A stretch of DNA of 64,000 bases from Candidatus Krumholzibacteriia bacterium (GCA_046484865.1 JAWOID010000071.1:14953-78952); one strand, 5' to 3'. Numbered from the stretch's first letter, positions 40,283-51,447 are shown. Numbers and translations: made by a program. Notes: a model not told the origin generated them from the sequence alone.

Positions 40283-42685
40283 ATGCGCAGGCCAGTCCGC
40301 AAAGCCGCCCTGCTGGGCTCCGGCGTCATGGGCAGCGGCATCGCCGCTCACCTGGCCAACGCCGGTATCCGTTCGCTCGTCCTGGACATCGTCCCTCGCG
40401 AACCGAACGAGGCCGAGCAGAAGGCCGGCCTCACGCTCGAGGACCGGGCCGTGCGCGACCGCATCGCCCGCGACTCCATCCAGGCCCTGCTCAAGACGCG
40501 CCCCGCCCCGCTCTACGCTCCGGAGCGCATCGGGCTGATCGAGGTGGGCAACCTCGAGGACGATCTGGCGCGCCTGCAGGAGTGCGACTGGATCATCGAG
40601 GTCGTGAAGGAAGACCTCGACATCAAGAAGAAGGTGCTGGCGGCGGCGGCACCGCACATCCCGGCCGAGGCCGTCCTGTCGACGAACACCTCCGGGCTCT
40701 CGATCGCCGCCATGGCCGCGGTGCTCCCCGAGGAGCTGCGGCCGCGGTTCCTCGGCACGCACTTCTTCAACCCGCCGCGCTACATGCGCCTCTTCGAGCT
40801 CGTGCCGGGGCCGGACACCGACCCGCAGGTGGTGACGCAGGTGGCGGAGCTGGCCCGCGACCGCCTGGGCAAGGGCGTGGTGGTGGCCAAGGACACGCCG
40901 AACTTCATCGCCAACCGCGTGGGAGTGCACGCGATGATGGCCACCGTCGAGGTCATGCAGGAGCTGGGCCTCACCATCGAGGAGATGGACGCACTGTCGG
41001 GACCGGCAGTGGGCCGGCCGAAGACCGCCACCTTCCAGCTCGCCGACCTGGTGGGCCTCGATACGTTCCTGCACGTGGCGGACAACCTCTACCCCCTCGT
41101 TCCCGGCGACGAGGCCCGCGAGACCTTCAAGGCTCCGGACTACCTGCGGCGGATGGTGGAACGGGGCCTGCTCGGTCGCAAGAGCGGCGGCGGCTTCTAC
41201 AGCATGCAGAAGACGCCCGAGGGACGGGTCTTCCACACCCTCGACCTCGAGACGCTGGAGTACCGCGAGAAGCAGAAGGCCCGCTTCCCCGAGCTGGACC
41301 TGGCCAGGGGCAAGGACGACCTGGGCGAGCGGCTGCGGACGCTGGTGTGGGCCGAGGGACGCGCCGCGGAGGCCGTCTGGAAGCTGCTGGCCCCCACCTT
41401 CAGCTACAGCGCCATGCGTCTGGGCGAGATCTGCGAGCATGTCGCGGAGATCGACCGCGCGATGCGCTGGGGCTTCAACTGGGAGCTGGGCCCCTTCGAG
41501 GCGTGGGACGCGCTCGGATTCCGCAAGGTGACCGAGCGGCTGCGCGCCGACGGACGTCCGCTGCCCGCCTGGATCGACGCCCTGTACGACGCCGGCGACG
41601 AGAGCCTCTACGTGGTGGACGACGGCCGCAAGCTCGGACCCACCGCGGAACCGGGCCGCCGCGCTCCGCTGCCCGAGGACCCGCGCGCGCTGGACTTCGA
41701 GCTGCTGCGCCACGCCGGCGGCGAGGTGCGCCGCAACCCGGGCGCCAGTCTGCTGGACCTGGGCGAGGGCGTGCTCGGCCTCGAGTTCCACTCGAAGATG
41801 AACGCCATCGGCCAGGACACCATCAACATGATCAACACCGCCTGCGACGAGGCGGAGCGGAACTGGCGCGCGCTGGTCGTCACCAACCCGGCCGAGAACT
41901 TCAGTGTCGGCGCCAACCTCATGCTGCTGCTGATGGCCGCCCAGGAGGGCGACTGGGACGACGTGGACCTGATCGTGCGCGCGTTCCAGGGTGCCAACGA
42001 CCGCCTCGAGTTCTGCGGCGTGCCGGTGGTCACCGCTCCCGCGGGGCTGGCCCTCGGGGGCGGCTGCGAGGTGACGATGGCCGGCAACGCGGTACGCGCG
42101 GCCGCGGAGACCTACATCGGACTGGTGGAGTTCGGTGCCGGCGTGATCCCCGCGGGCGGCGGCTGCGTGCGTCTGTACCAGCGCAACGTGGAAGGCATCA
42201 CCGACGGCGTGGACATCTACCCCGCGCTGCGCAAGACGTTCGAGACCATCGGCATGGCGAAGGTGGCCACCAGCGCAGAGGAAGCGCGCGGCCTCGGCTT
42301 CCTGCGGCCGGGCGACGCGTGGTCGCTCAACCGTGCGCATCTGGCCCGCGACGCCCGGGATCTCGCTCTCGCCCTGGCCGACGCCGGCTGGATACCGCCC
42401 CACCCCCGGCAGGACATCCCGGTCCTGGGCACCGACGGCATCGCGCTGGCGGGCTCGTTCCTCTTCAACATGCGCGAGGGGCAGTACATCTCCGATCACG
42501 ACCAGAAGATCGGCATGGAACTGGGACGCATCCTCAGCGGCGGCGAGGTGCCGCCGCGCACCACCGTCACCCACGAACGGATGCTGGAACTGGAGCGCGA
42601 GAGCTTCCTGCGGCTCATGGGCGAGCGCAAGACGCTCGAGCGCATGCAGCACATCCTGAAGACGGGCAAGCCGCTGCGGAACTAG
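40283..42685 (+). CDS. fadN: 3-hydroxyacyl-CoA dehydrogenase / enoyl-CoA hydratase family protein (FadN-type, 800 aa)
   Basis: ATG after GGGGAGGAG. Rossmann motif [18 protein letters not shown], plus [11 protein letters not shown] and FIANRVG. C-terminal crotonase-like segment [10 protein letters not shown]...GGGCEV. Confidence 0.9.
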   Translation: MRRPVRKAALLGSGVMGSGIAAHLANAGIRSLVLDIVPREPNEAEQKAGLTLEDRAVRDRIARDSIQALLKTRPAPLYAPERIGLIEVGNLEDDLARLQECDWIIEVVKEDLDIKKKVLAAAAPHIPAEAVLSTNTSGLSIAAMAAVLPEELRPRFLGTHFFNPPRYMRLFELVPGPDTDPQVVTQVAELARDRLGKGVVVAKDTPNFIANRVGVHAMMATVEVMQELGLTIEEMDALSGPAVGRPKTATFQLADLVGLDTFLHVADNLYPLVPGDEARETFKAPDYLRRMVERGLLGRKSGGGFYSMQKTPEGRVFHTLDLETLEYREKQKARFPELDLARGKDDLGERLRTLVWAEGRAAEAVWKLLAPTFSYSAMRLGEICEHVAEIDRAMRWGFNWELGPFEAWDALGFRKVTERLRADGRPLPAWIDALYDAGDESLYVVDDGRKLGPTAEPGRRAPLPEDPRALDFELLRHAGGEVRRNPGASLLDLGEGVLGLEFHSKMNAIGQDTINMINTACDEAERNWRALVVTNPAENFSVGANLMLLLMAAQEGDWDDVDLIVRAFQGANDRLEFCGVPVVTAPAGLALGGGCEVTMAGNAVRAAAETYIGLVEFGAGVIPAGGGCVRLYQRNVEGITDGVDIYPALRKTFETIGMAKVATSAEEARGLGFLRPGDAWSLNRAHLARDARDLALALADAGWIPPHPRQDIPVLGTDGIALAGSFLFNMREGQYISDHDQKIGMELGRILSGGEVPPRTTVTHERMLELERESFLRLMGERKTLERMQHILKTGKPLRN

Positions 42686-42711
42686 AACCGCGGTTGAAGG
42701 GAGAGATCGCG

Positions 42712-43911
42712 ATGAGGAACAACGGCATGCGGGACGTGGTGGTGGCCGTGGCGCGACGCACCGCCGTGGGTCGGGCCAAGAAGGGCACCCTGCGGCACAC
42801 CCGCCCCGACGATCTCGGCGCGGCCGTGATCAGGAGCATCCTGGCGGCGGCCCCGGGGCTCGATCCGGCGCGTCTGGACGACGTGGTGATCGGCTGCGCC
42901 ATGCCCGAGGCGGAGCAGGGCATGAACGTGGGACGCAACATCGCCCTGATCGCCGGACTGCCCGACTCGGTGCCGGGCATGACGGTGAACCGGTTCTGCA
43001 GTTCGGGTCTGGAGACGATCAACCTGGCCGCCAACTCGATCCGTGTCGGCCAGTACGACCTGGCCATCGCCGGCGGCGTGGAATCGATGACGATGGTGCC
43101 CATGGGCGGCTACCGCTACCTGCCCAACCCCACCATCATGCAGGAGGACCCGGCCACCTTCCTGGGCATGGGGCTCACCGCCGAGCGCCTGGCCGAGCGC
43201 GACGGGATCCCGCGCGAGGATCAGGATCGCTTCGCTCTGCGCAGCCACCAGAAGGCGGTGGACGCCATCGAATCGGGCCGCTTCGCGGAGGAGATCGCGC
43301 CGGTGACCGCGCGGCTGCCGGGCAAGGACCAGCGCGGCAGGCCCACCACCGTCGAGCAGGAGTTCAAGGTGGACGAGGGGCCTCGCGGCGACACGACCCT
43401 GGAGGCGCTGGCGAAGCTCAGGCCCGCCTTCAAGCAGGGCGGCACCGTCACCGCCGGCAACTCCAGCCAGATGAGCGACGGCGCCGCCGCGGTGCTGCTC
43501 TGCACCCCGGAGATGGCGAAGGAGCTGGGGCTGGAACCGCTGGCCCGCTTCGTGGGGTACGCCGTGGCGGGCGTGGAGCCGGAGATCATGGGCATCGGTC
43601 CGGTCAAGGCCGTACCGAAGGCGCTGGAACGCATCGGACTGACTCTGGACCAGATGGACGTCATCGAGCTGAACGAGGCGTTCGCCGCCCAGGGACTGGC
43701 CGTGTGCAAGGGGCTGGGCCTGGACCCGGAGGACCCGCGGCTCAACGCGAACGGCGGTGCCGTGGCCCTGGGCCACCCGCTGGGCTGCACCGGCGCCAAG
43801 CTCACCACCACCGCCCTGCACGAGTTGAAGCGACGCGACGGCAAGTACGCGCTGGTGACCATGTGCATCGGCACCGGCATGGGAGCGGCGGGAGTGTTCG
43901 CCGCGCTGTGA
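42712..43911 (+). CDS. fadA: Acetyl-CoA C-acyltransferase (thiolase)
   Basis: ATG after GAAGGGAGAG. Active-site Cys in [12 protein letters not shown], plus [24 protein letters not shown] and CIGTGMG. It is only the last 399 codons of the 1243-aa track ORF. Confidence 0.95.
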   Translation: MRNNGMRDVVVAVARRTAVGRAKKGTLRHTRPDDLGAAVIRSILAAAPGLDPARLDDVVIGCAMPEAEQGMNVGRNIALIAGLPDSVPGMTVNRFCSSGLETINLAANSIRVGQYDLAIAGGVESMTMVPMGGYRYLPNPTIMQEDPATFLGMGLTAERLAERDGIPREDQDRFALRSHQKAVDAIESGRFAEEIAPVTARLPGKDQRGRPTTVEQEFKVDEGPRGDTTLEALAKLRPAFKQGGTVTAGNSSQMSDGAAAVLLCTPEMAKELGLEPLARFVGYAVAGVEPEIMGIGPVKAVPKALERIGLTLDQMDVIELNEAFAAQGLAVCKGLGLDPEDPRLNANGGAVALGHPLGCTGAKLTTTALHELKRRDGKYALVTMCIGTGMGAAGVFAAL

Positions 43912-44002
43912 GCCCGACCGGGCGAGCTCCGGCCGGCGTGAACCGGAACGGCCGCTCGGACGACGCCTGGACGAGACGACGGACGACCAGAAGGAGACAG
44001 CC

Positions 44003-45796
44003 ATGGCCGAGACGAAGACTTCCCTCACGGGCGGCATGTTCCTGCTGCGGCCGACCGCACCGGCCGACGTGTTCACGCCCGAGGACTTCGACGAGAACCA
44101 GCGCATGATCGGGCAGGTCGTGGAGGAGTTCTGCACCAAGCACATCCACCCGGTGGCGGAGGAGCTGGAGTACGAGGGGAAGACGGAGCTGGGCGCCCGG
44201 TTGCTGAAGGAGGCGGGCACCACGGGTCTGCTCGCCGCCGACGTGCCCGAGGCCTATGGCGGCATGGGCTCGAACAAGGCCACCATCATGCTCATCAGCG
44301 AGAAGATGGCCAACGGCGGCAGCTTCGCGGTGACTCACGGCGCCCAGTCGGGCATCGGCACCCTGCCCATCGTGTACTTCGGCACCCCGGAGCAGAAGCA
44401 GTCGTACCTTCCGCGTCTGGCCACCGCCGATCTGCTCACCTGCTACGCTCTCACCGAGCCGGGCAGCGGCAGCGACGCCCTGGCCGCCGCCACCACGGCG
44501 AAGCTCAGCGCCGACGGCCGGCACTACGTGCTCAACGGCACCAAGCAGTACATCAGCAACGCGGCGTACGCCGAGATCGCCGTGCTCTTCGCGAAGGTCG
44601 ACGGCGAGCAGTTCACCGCGTTCATCGTCGACCTGAAGGCGGACGGAGTGAGCCTGGGTCTCGAGGAGAAGAAGATGGGGATCAAGGGGTCCTCCACCCG
44701 TGCCATCATCCTGGAGGACGTGCAGGTCCCCGTGGAGAACGTGCTCGGCGAGGTGGGCAAGGGGCACCTGATCGCCTTCAACATCCTGAACGTGGGGCGC
44801 TTCAAGCTGGGCGCCAGCAGCGTGGGCGGCTGCAAGATCGTGCTCGAGCAGGTGGTCCCCTACACCAGCGACCGCCACCAGTTCGGTCAGCCGCTCAACA
44901 GCTTCCCGCTGATCCGGCGCAAGCTGGCCCAGGTGGCGGCGCGGACGTTCGTCACCGAGGCCATGGTGTACCGCACCGCGGGGCTGCTCGACCAGGCCAT
45001 CGGCGAGCTGGACCGCGGCGCCGACGACTACGACCTGCAGAGCATCCTCAAGGTGCAGGACTTCTCGATCGAGTGCTCCCTGATCAAGGTCTTCGCCACC
45101 GAGAGCCTGGCCCTGGCCGCCGAGGAGGGAGTGCAGATGCTCGGCGGCTACGGCTACTGCCAGGAGTACCCGCTGGAGCGCATCTACCGGGACGAGCGCA
45201 TCAACCGCATCTTCGAGGGCACGAACGAGATCAACCGCATGATCGCACCGGGGATGCTGCTCCGGAAGGCAGCCAAGAACGAGCTGCCGTTCTTCGCGGC
45301 GGCCCAGCAGGTGGCCGAAGAGCTGACCGGAATGCCCGGTCTCGGCGACGGTGGCGAGCCCGGCTTCCTGGACGACGTGGAACGCATCGTCGCCAACATG
45401 AAGAAGGTGGTGCTGGCGACCCTGGGGCTGGCCGCGCAGAAGCACGGTCCGGCCATCAAGGACCAGCAGGAGATCCTCAGCGACGCCGCCGACATCATCA
45501 TGGAGGCATACGCCTGCGAGAGCGGGCTGCTGCGTGCTCGCAAGCGGGCGGCCGCCGGCGGCGAGGAGGCCGCGGCGACCATGGCGGACATGCTGACCCT
45601 GTACGCCCATGACGCGATCGAACGGGTGGCCGTGTGGGGCAAGAACATCCTGGGCGCCACGGTGGAGGGCGACGAGCTGCGCGCGTACCTGTCCGGCCTG
45701 CGCCGGCTCACGAAGCATGACCCGGTGAACCGTCCGCGGTTGCATGATATCATCGCCGGACGCGTGATCGACGCCGGCGGATACACCGTGGGCTGA
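44003..45796 (+). CDS. fadE: Acyl-CoA dehydrogenase (long FadE-type, 597 aa)
   Basis: ATG after AAGGAGA. Motifs CYALTEPGSGSDA, QYISNA, GGYGYCQEYPLERIYRDERINRIFEGTNEI. Has an extra C-terminal helical domain. Confidence 0.9.
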   Translation: MAETKTSLTGGMFLLRPTAPADVFTPEDFDENQRMIGQVVEEFCTKHIHPVAEELEYEGKTELGARLLKEAGTTGLLAADVPEAYGGMGSNKATIMLISEKMANGGSFAVTHGAQSGIGTLPIVYFGTPEQKQSYLPRLATADLLTCYALTEPGSGSDALAAATTAKLSADGRHYVLNGTKQYISNAAYAEIAVLFAKVDGEQFTAFIVDLKADGVSLGLEEKKMGIKGSSTRAIILEDVQVPVENVLGEVGKGHLIAFNILNVGRFKLGASSVGGCKIVLEQVVPYTSDRHQFGQPLNSFPLIRRKLAQVAARTFVTEAMVYRTAGLLDQAIGELDRGADDYDLQSILKVQDFSIECSLIKVFATESLALAAEEGVQMLGGYGYCQEYPLERIYRDERINRIFEGTNEINRMIAPGMLLRKAAKNELPFFAAAQQVAEELTGMPGLGDGGEPGFLDDVERIVANMKKVVLATLGLAAQKHGPAIKDQQEILSDAADIIMEAYACESGLLRARKRAAAGGEEAAATMADMLTLYAHDAIERVAVWGKNILGATVEGDELRAYLSGLRRLTKHDPVNRPRLHDIIAGRVIDAGGYTVG

Positions 45797-45834
45797 TCGA
45801 CGACGCCGCGCAACGCAGCACACGGAGGTCGAGC

Positions 45835-46602
45835 GTGCGCACATCACCCCTGATCCTGGCCGCCGCCCTCGTGGCGGCGGCCGGGGTACTCGCCGCCGGC
45901 CCGGCACACGGCCAGATCCTCAACACCCTGCGCGGATTCGCCGACCGGGAGCCGGGCTGGAGCGGCTCGGCGACCGGTTATCTGGCCGCGGCGGGCGGCA
46001 ACTCGGAGTACGAGGAATACGGCGGCGCACTCACGGTGCAGTGGCAGGGCGAGCACCAGCGGGTGCGGGCTCTGGGCTCGGGCGAGCTGAGGTCCAGCGA
46101 CGACGAGCGCACCGCCGAGAACACCACCGGGCACCTGCGGCACAACTGGTTCTTCCATCGCCGACTGGCGACGGTGGCCTTCGTGCAGATCCAGCGCAAT
46201 CCCTTCCAGCGGCTGGAGGAGCGCCTGCTCGCCGGCGGCGGCCTGCGCTTCGAGGTGCTGAGCCGCGAGCAGATGCGGTGGTTCCTGGGCGTGACGACGA
46301 TGTTCGAGGACGAGGCGATCGAGGACGTCGCCGGACGGGAGCGGCGGCACCGCATGTCCTCGTTCGTGTCCCTGGTGTACCGGGCGCGGGAAGGCCTCAG
46401 CGTGGACCTGACCGGCTTCTACCAGCCGCGCTGGAGCGACTTCGCCGACGCCCGCGCCACCGCGGCGGCAGCGGTGAAGGTGGCCGTGATCGGCACCCTC
46501 CATCTCGACGTCACCGCCAGCCTGCAGTACGATGCCCGGCCGGCGCCCGGCGTGGAGACCACCGACTGGACGGTGCGCAACGGCCTGGGCGTGGAGTTCT
46601 GA
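45835..46602 (+). CDS. Outer-membrane beta-barrel protein, DUF481/YdiY-like (tentative)
   Basis: GTG 7 nt after GGAGG. Signal peptide ILAAALVAAAGVLAAGPAHG. Alternating beta-strand pattern with a terminal GLGVEF (aromatic C-terminus). The RHNWFFHRRLATVAFVQIQRNPFQRLEERLLAGGGLRF segment resembles DUF481. Confidence 0.5.
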   Translation: MRTSPLILAAALVAAAGVLAAGPAHGQILNTLRGFADREPGWSGSATGYLAAAGGNSEYEEYGGALTVQWQGEHQRVRALGSGELRSSDDERTAENTTGHLRHNWFFHRRLATVAFVQIQRNPFQRLEERLLAGGGLRFEVLSREQMRWFLGVTTMFEDEAIEDVAGRERRHRMSSFVSLVYRAREGLSVDLTGFYQPRWSDFADARATAAAAVKVAVIGTLHLDVTASLQYDARPAPGVETTDWTVRNGLGVEF

Positions 46603-46629
46603 CCGCCGCGGCGGAGGTCCCGTCAGTCC

Positions 46630-47535
46630 ATGCTCGGCGCCTTGCTGCCCATCTTCGCCATCATCCTGCTGGGCTGGGCGCTGCGACGCCTGGGCTTCCC
46701 GGCCGCCGGCTTCTGGCCGCAGGCGGAACGCATCACCTACTACCTGTTCCTGCCCGCCCTCTTCGTCGGCAGCCTGGCGGTGGCCGATTTCGGATCGCTG
46801 GCCGCCGGCCGGCTCGCGCTGGCCCTCGCCCTCCCCATCGTCGTGATGTCCGCCGGTCTCCTGCTGGCGCGCCCGCACCTCCCGGTCTCCGGGCCCACCT
46901 TCACCTCGCTGTTCCAGGGCGCCGTGCGCATGAACACCTACGTGGGACTGTCCGCCGCCGCCGCCCTCTTCGGCACCGCCGGCGTGACGATGTCCTCGGT
47001 GGCCATCGTGGCCATGATCCCGCTGATCAACGTGCTCTGCGTGAGCGTGATCACGATGTACGGCGCGCGCGGCGGGCGACCGGGCGGACGGGTCCTGCTG
47101 GAGATCGTGCGGAACCCCCTGATCGTCGGCTGCGCCGTGGGTTACGCGCTGAACGCCAGCGGCCTGGTCTTGCCGCCGGCGGCGGTGGAGTTCTTCCGGA
47201 TCCTCGGTCGCGCCGCGCTGCCCATCGGCCTGCTGGCCGCCGGCACCGGCCTGCGCTTCGGCGCGGTGGGCCACGACCTGCGCGCGCTCGCCCTGGCGAC
47301 GTCGGCCAAGCTGGTCGGCTTGCCGCTGCTGACGGCGGCCGCCTGCGAGCTGCTCGGCGTGGCCGGTGACGAGCGGACCATCGCCCTCGTGTTCGCCGCT
47401 CTGCCCACCTCGGCGGCGTCCTACATCCTGGCCCGCCAGCTCGGCGGCGACGTGCCGGCCATGGCCTCCATCATCACCGTCCAGCACCTGGCGGCGGCGC
47501 TCACCATGCCGGCCATGGTGGCGTGGCTGGGGTAG
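46630..47535 (+). CDS. AEC-family (auxin efflux carrier-like) transporter
   Basis: MLGALLPIFAIILLGWALRR start and ~9-10 hydrophobic helices. C-terminal PTSAASYILARQLGGD is typical of the Mem_trans family. Confidence 0.8.
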   Translation: MLGALLPIFAIILLGWALRRLGFPAAGFWPQAERITYYLFLPALFVGSLAVADFGSLAAGRLALALALPIVVMSAGLLLARPHLPVSGPTFTSLFQGAVRMNTYVGLSAAAALFGTAGVTMSSVAIVAMIPLINVLCVSVITMYGARGGRPGGRVLLEIVRNPLIVGCAVGYALNASGLVLPPAAVEFFRILGRAALPIGLLAAGTGLRFGAVGHDLRALALATSAKLVGLPLLTAAACELLGVAGDERTIALVFAALPTSAASYILARQLGGDVPAMASIITVQHLAAALTMPAMVAWLG

Positions 47536-47550
47536 GTTCAGGCTGCGGGC

Positions 47551-48819
47551 TCAGCCCGCCGCCGCCCGATCCCGCACCCGGTAGCAGATCACCTGCATGG
47601 GCTCCGGCTCCACGCCGTCATCCTCGCCCCCGGCGCCGCCGAAACCGCTCAGCATCGCATCGCGGTAGCCGGTGATGCGGAAGACCAGGTCCGACCGGGC
47701 GAAGAGCAGGCCGTCCTGGCGCGGATCCCCCTCGCAGCGCACCAGCACCTGCTCCGCGAACCGGCCGTCGGGAGTGAAGACGTCGTAGCGGGTGAACACC
47801 CCCGGCGCCGGCTCCCAGAGGGCCCGGCTGGTCTGGACCCAGATGCGGCCGTGCTCGTCCACCCGGAGCGACGCGATGTCGGGCTCGGTATCCTCGAAGT
47901 GGATGGAGGCGTGGGGCGCCTGCCGGTCGCGCAACGTGGTCAGGATGCGACGCTGGATGTCGCGGGCCTGTTCGTTCCGCAGCCAGGGGCGGTAGTCACG
48001 AGTGAACACGCGCCGCAGCTCGCCGCCGGGCGCGTAGACCCGTACCTCGTAGCCGTTGCGGGCCTCGGCCGTCACGACCTCGCCCCGGGGCCCCACGGCG
48101 AAGCGGCGGTCCGGTCCCTCGCCCAGGATTACCTCGTCGTAGCTGAGGTTGCGGTGATCGATGACCGAGAGCCTCGAAGCGTAGGTCACCTTCCGCTGGC
48201 CGGACGTGTCGAAGGTCGCGATGAAGCTCTCGCGGGTGGCGCGCCCGGCAGCCTGATCGACGTGCTGCTCGGCGCCGCCGAGCACCACGTTCTCGCCGCC
48301 GCGCCGCAGCGCGCGGGCCATGTAGAACGCGCCCTGGGCCGGATCGCCCACGGTGATCGTCCCGGCCGGCGTGCCGTCCCGCGCCAGCCGGACGATCCGG
48401 CCGGGGAACATCTGCGTCACCGCCACCGTGCCGTCGGGCAGCAGGCAGAGATCGGTCGCGTTGCGGAACTCGCCGGGCCCCTCGCCCTCGCGGCCGAGGA
48501 CAGCCACCAGCTCGCCCTCGGGCGACAGGACCTTGACCTCGCTGAGCTGGCTGTCCAGCAGGTAGATGGTGTCGCTCTCGTCGACGACCGCCCGCCGGAC
48601 GGCGCCGAACATGACCTCCTCGTCGTCCCAGCCGCCGCGCCGCCACAACTCCTCCAGCTCGAGTGTGCGCACGCCCCCGTCCGGTACGGCACCGTTGCGG
48701 ACGTGAGGCACGCCGTCGATCACGGCGACCTCGCCGGCATGCGCAGTCGCGATGACGACGACCGCCGCCGGCAGGATGGCCATGGCGGCGAGGACGGTGG
48801 CATTGACGACGGCCGCCAT
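47551..48819 (-). CDS. Exported 6-bladed beta-propeller (NHL-like) family protein
   Basis: Start uncertain: ATG at 48819 gives the signal-like MAAVVNATVLAAMAILPAAVVVIATAHA; upstream GTG/ATG starts are also possible. Repeated blades with GEGPGEF-type motif (GREGEGPGEFRNATDLCLLPDG). Immediately downstream of the tailed phosphoesterase gene. Confidence 0.6.
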   Translation of the reverse strand: MAAVVNATVLAAMAILPAAVVVIATAHAGEVAVIDGVPHVRNGAVPDGGVRTLELEELWRRGGWDDEEVMFGAVRRAVVDESDTIYLLDSQLSEVKVLSPEGELVAVLGREGEGPGEFRNATDLCLLPDGTVAVTQMFPGRIVRLARDGTPAGTITVGDPAQGAFYMARALRRGGENVVLGGAEQHVDQAAGRATRESFIATFDTSGQRKVTYASRLSVIDHRNLSYDEVILGEGPDRRFAVGPRGEVVTAEARNGYEVRVYAPGGELRRVFTRDYRPWLRNEQARDIQRRILTTLRDRQAPHASIHFEDTEPDIASLRVDEHGRIWVQTSRALWEPAPGVFTRYDVFTPDGRFAEQVLVRCEGDPRQDGLLFARSDLVFRITGYRDAMLSGFGGAGGEDDGVEPEPMQVICYRVRDRAAAG

Positions 48820-49033
48820 TGAACCGAAGGAGAGGAGGGAACCGAGGGAGAGGATGGAACCGGCGGAGCCGGCTGCGATGCCGTGGCGATGGATGCGCAC
48901 GCGGAGCCTCCCGGTGGATGGGGACGAGACGCCGCCGTTGCGGCGCCTCCCCGAGTACGGGGCGGCTCGGTCCAGGTTGCAGGATGTTCGTGGTGTCCGA
49001 GCGCACGCGCCCGCGATCTCCCGGGCACTCACC

Positions 49034-50842
49034 TCACCTCGCCATCAGGATCTTCCGGGTGGAAACCGTTCCGTCCACGTCCAGACGCAGGAAGTACACC
49101 CCCGAAGGCGCCGACAGCCGTGTCCGGTCGAGGCCGTCCCAGGTGGCGGTATGCTCCCCCGCCGGCAGCGGCCCGTCCACCAGCACGGCCACCTCCCGCC
49201 CGCGCGCATCGTGGACGGTCAGCCGCACCAGACCCGCCCGTGGCAGCAGGCAGACGACCTCCGTGCGCGGATTGAAGGGATTGGGCCGGTTGGGCCCCAG
49301 GTGCGGTCGGGCCGGCAGAGCCGGGTCGATGGCCGAGAGCGCGTCGCGCCGCACCGTCACGGCGGTCGTCGCGCGCGCGGCGATGTCGACCTCCACGTGG
49401 CAGATGTCCTCCGAGCCGTCCGGCTCGACCTGCAGCAAGGTGCCGCCGGTCACCTGGATGGCGCCGTGACCGGCCACGAGGCGGAACTTCAGCAGACCGT
49501 TCTCGAACCGTTCGTCATACGCGTTGATGACCTCGGCGGTGACCTCTTCCGCCCGGCCGTCGTTGGCGGGCGACCAGGTCACGCTCAGGGTCTCGCCCGA
49601 GGACCCTGCGTCCGCGGTGGCACACGGATCCAGATCGCTGCCGACGACCCGTACCAGGCGCCAGCTGCGCCGGCCGTCGCAGACCGCGGCTGTCGAGAGG
49701 TCGAAGGGGCGCACGTTCAGGCTGCCGTCATCGCGGTGGGTGTGGCCCGAGAGCATCATCTCCAGGCCGAGGGCGGAGAGATCGAGCTGGTCGCCGAAGT
49801 CGCGGTGCGTGAAGAGGACCTGGGCCGCAGTTTCGCCGGCAGTTGCCGCCAGGTCGGCCTCCAGCCAGGAGATCTGGTCCGCGGTGAAGCTCTCGGTACC
49901 GTAGACGCTGAGGCGCCAGCGGTCGTAGTTCAGGTACGATTCCAGGCTCACGAAGTGGACCGGACCGTAGTCGAATGCGTAGTCCTGCGTGCGGGCGGGC
50001 GCGCCCGGGGGCGGGTCGTCCAGGCGCGACCAGCCGAAGAAGCGCCACCAGTCGCGGCGGGCCGTGCCGTCCGCGGGAGGCGTGTCGTCCCAGCCGCCGA
50101 GGTCGTGGTTGCCGGCCGTCACGTAGATCGGGACCTCGGACTCCGCGAGCAGACGCTGCGCCCGGGTGTAATACCGCCGCTCGAGGAAGTCTTCCAGCTC
50201 GCCCTCGTTCACCACGTCGCCGGTCAGCAGCACGAACTCGGGGTTGATGATGCCGAGGTCCTCGAGGACCGCGCGCAGGTCGTCCGTCTCGCTGCTGTCC
50301 GTCTCCGCGCCCGGCTGGTCCCAGTAGACATGGGTCGGCAGGTGCGGATCGGTGACGTGGACGAAGTACCAGCTGTCGCGGTAGGCGGGAATCACGCGCA
50401 CGGCGTTCCGGGTCGTATCCTGCAGGCCGCCGCCGGCCGTGACGACGAGGTCGTACAGTTCGCTCGGCGTGTCGCCGGGGACGCTCGCCTCGAGCCGCCA
50501 CCAGCGCGTCGAGGCGTCGAAGGCGGCAGCCGTGACCGGCAACTCCACGACCAGGCTCCGCCTGCGGATCTCCACCTGCCACCCGGCGGTGGCCGGGTCG
50601 GCGGCGCAGGAGACCGTCAGCGTGGCGCTCGGCGTCACGATCGCGGGGATGTTCAGCAGGGGACGCTGGATGACGGTGAGGGTGTCGCCGATGGCCTCGG
50701 CTGCGGCCGCCTCGGTCGGGCCGGCGCCGAGGACGGCGCCGAAGGTGGCTACGATCGCCACCATGCCGGCCAGGACGACGAGGACGTCGGACACGGTCCG
50801 CACGGGGCGCGGGGCCCGGCGGCCGGGAGAGCGATCTGGCAT
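49034..50842 (-). CDS. Exported metallophosphoesterase with FlgD-Ig/T9SS-type C-terminal tail
   Basis: ATG at 50842 after AGGAAG. TM/signal VLVVLAGMVAIVATFGAVLGAG. Motifs VHVTDPHL, LLTGDVVNEG, TAGNHDLGGW and LSGHTHRDD. Tail: PNPFNPRTEVV..LTVHDARGREV...WDGLD...GVYFLRL...KILMAR. Confidence 0.8.
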   Translation of the reverse strand: MPDRSPGRRAPRPVRTVSDVLVVLAGMVAIVATFGAVLGAGPTEAAAAEAIGDTLTVIQRPLLNIPAIVTPSATLTVSCAADPATAGWQVEIRRRSLVVELPVTAAAFDASTRWWRLEASVPGDTPSELYDLVVTAGGGLQDTTRNAVRVIPAYRDSWYFVHVTDPHLPTHVYWDQPGAETDSSETDDLRAVLEDLGIINPEFVLLTGDVVNEGELEDFLERRYYTRAQRLLAESEVPIYVTAGNHDLGGWDDTPPADGTARRDWWRFFGWSRLDDPPPGAPARTQDYAFDYGPVHFVSLESYLNYDRWRLSVYGTESFTADQISWLEADLAATAGETAAQVLFTHRDFGDQLDLSALGLEMMLSGHTHRDDGSLNVRPFDLSTAAVCDGRRSWRLVRVVGSDLDPCATADAGSSGETLSVTWSPANDGRAEEVTAEVINAYDERFENGLLKFRLVAGHGAIQVTGGTLLQVEPDGSEDICHVEVDIAARATTAVTVRRDALSAIDPALPARPHLGPNRPNPFNPRTEVVCLLPRAGLVRLTVHDARGREVAVLVDGPLPAGEHTATWDGLDRTRLSAPSGVYFLRLDVDGTVSTRKILMAR

Positions 50843-51080
50843 GGTGACGACTTCCTGTAGCGGACCTGGGTTGCCGGACGGTTCTGCAGGAGATCGTAGC
50901 ACACACGGTGCAGCCGGGGGAAGCGACCGGTGCTGCATCCACGCCGGTCCTGCGCCCGCGTGGCGCGCGCGCGCGGGCATCGTATCATGATCGTATGCCG
51001 ATGAGTTCCCGTTGCCGCTTCCCGGAAACCCCGGGCCTGCGACGAGGCGTTGCCGGCGATGAAACACGAGGAGAGCGGAG

Positions 51081-51404
51081 ATGGAAGAGATTGCGGTCAA
51101 CGCGACCGATCTGGCCTGGGAACCGGCCGAGGGTTACCCGGAAGGCACCATGCGCAAGGTCCTGCGGCGAGATGCGGACGACAAGCCCTTGACGGTCCTG
51201 CTCAAGCTCCCGGCAGGATTCCAGATGGCAGACCATACCCACGTGTGTACCGAACAGCACTATGTCCTGGACGGAGAGTACGAGGTCGCCGGCCGGCGCT
51301 ATCACTCCGGGCATTACCGGATGTATCCGGCGCAGACGTCGCACGGCCCCTTCCGGACCGAGATCGGGGCCGTGGTGCTGGTACTCTGGGAACTGTGCAC
51401 CTGA
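51081..51404 (+). CDS. Cupin-domain protein (ChrR-like cupin)
   Basis: ATG after GGAGAGCGGAG. ADHTHVCTEQHYVLDGEYEV..G..Y..PAQTSHGPF fits the cupin H-x-H...E...H pattern. Confidence 0.6.
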   Translation: MEEIAVNATDLAWEPAEGYPEGTMRKVLRRDADDKPLTVLLKLPAGFQMADHTHVCTEQHYVLDGEYEVAGRRYHSGHYRMYPAQTSHGPFRTEIGAVVLVLWELCT

Positions 51405-51447
51405 CGCTGTGCGGAGACGCAGGCGCCTCGCTGCCGCTAATCCGGGG

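Noticed and set aside
40180-43911. 1243-aa ORF suggesting a giant fusion protein
   Set aside because: The first ~840 codons are an out-of-frame overlap of fadN (R/P/G-rich nonsense). Only the last 399 codons (42712-43911, with their own SD) encode the thiolase.
43802-45907. 701-aa minus-strand ORF; likewise 40184-42652 (-), 48752-50860 (+), 32744-34873 (+), 14168-17164 (+), 6256-8274 (+), 2924-4627 (-), 1110-2636 (-)
   Set aside because: All are antisense to, or out of frame with, genes that carry clear catalytic motifs. None has a recognisable domain. They are the expected artefacts of stop-codon depletion in high-GC DNA.
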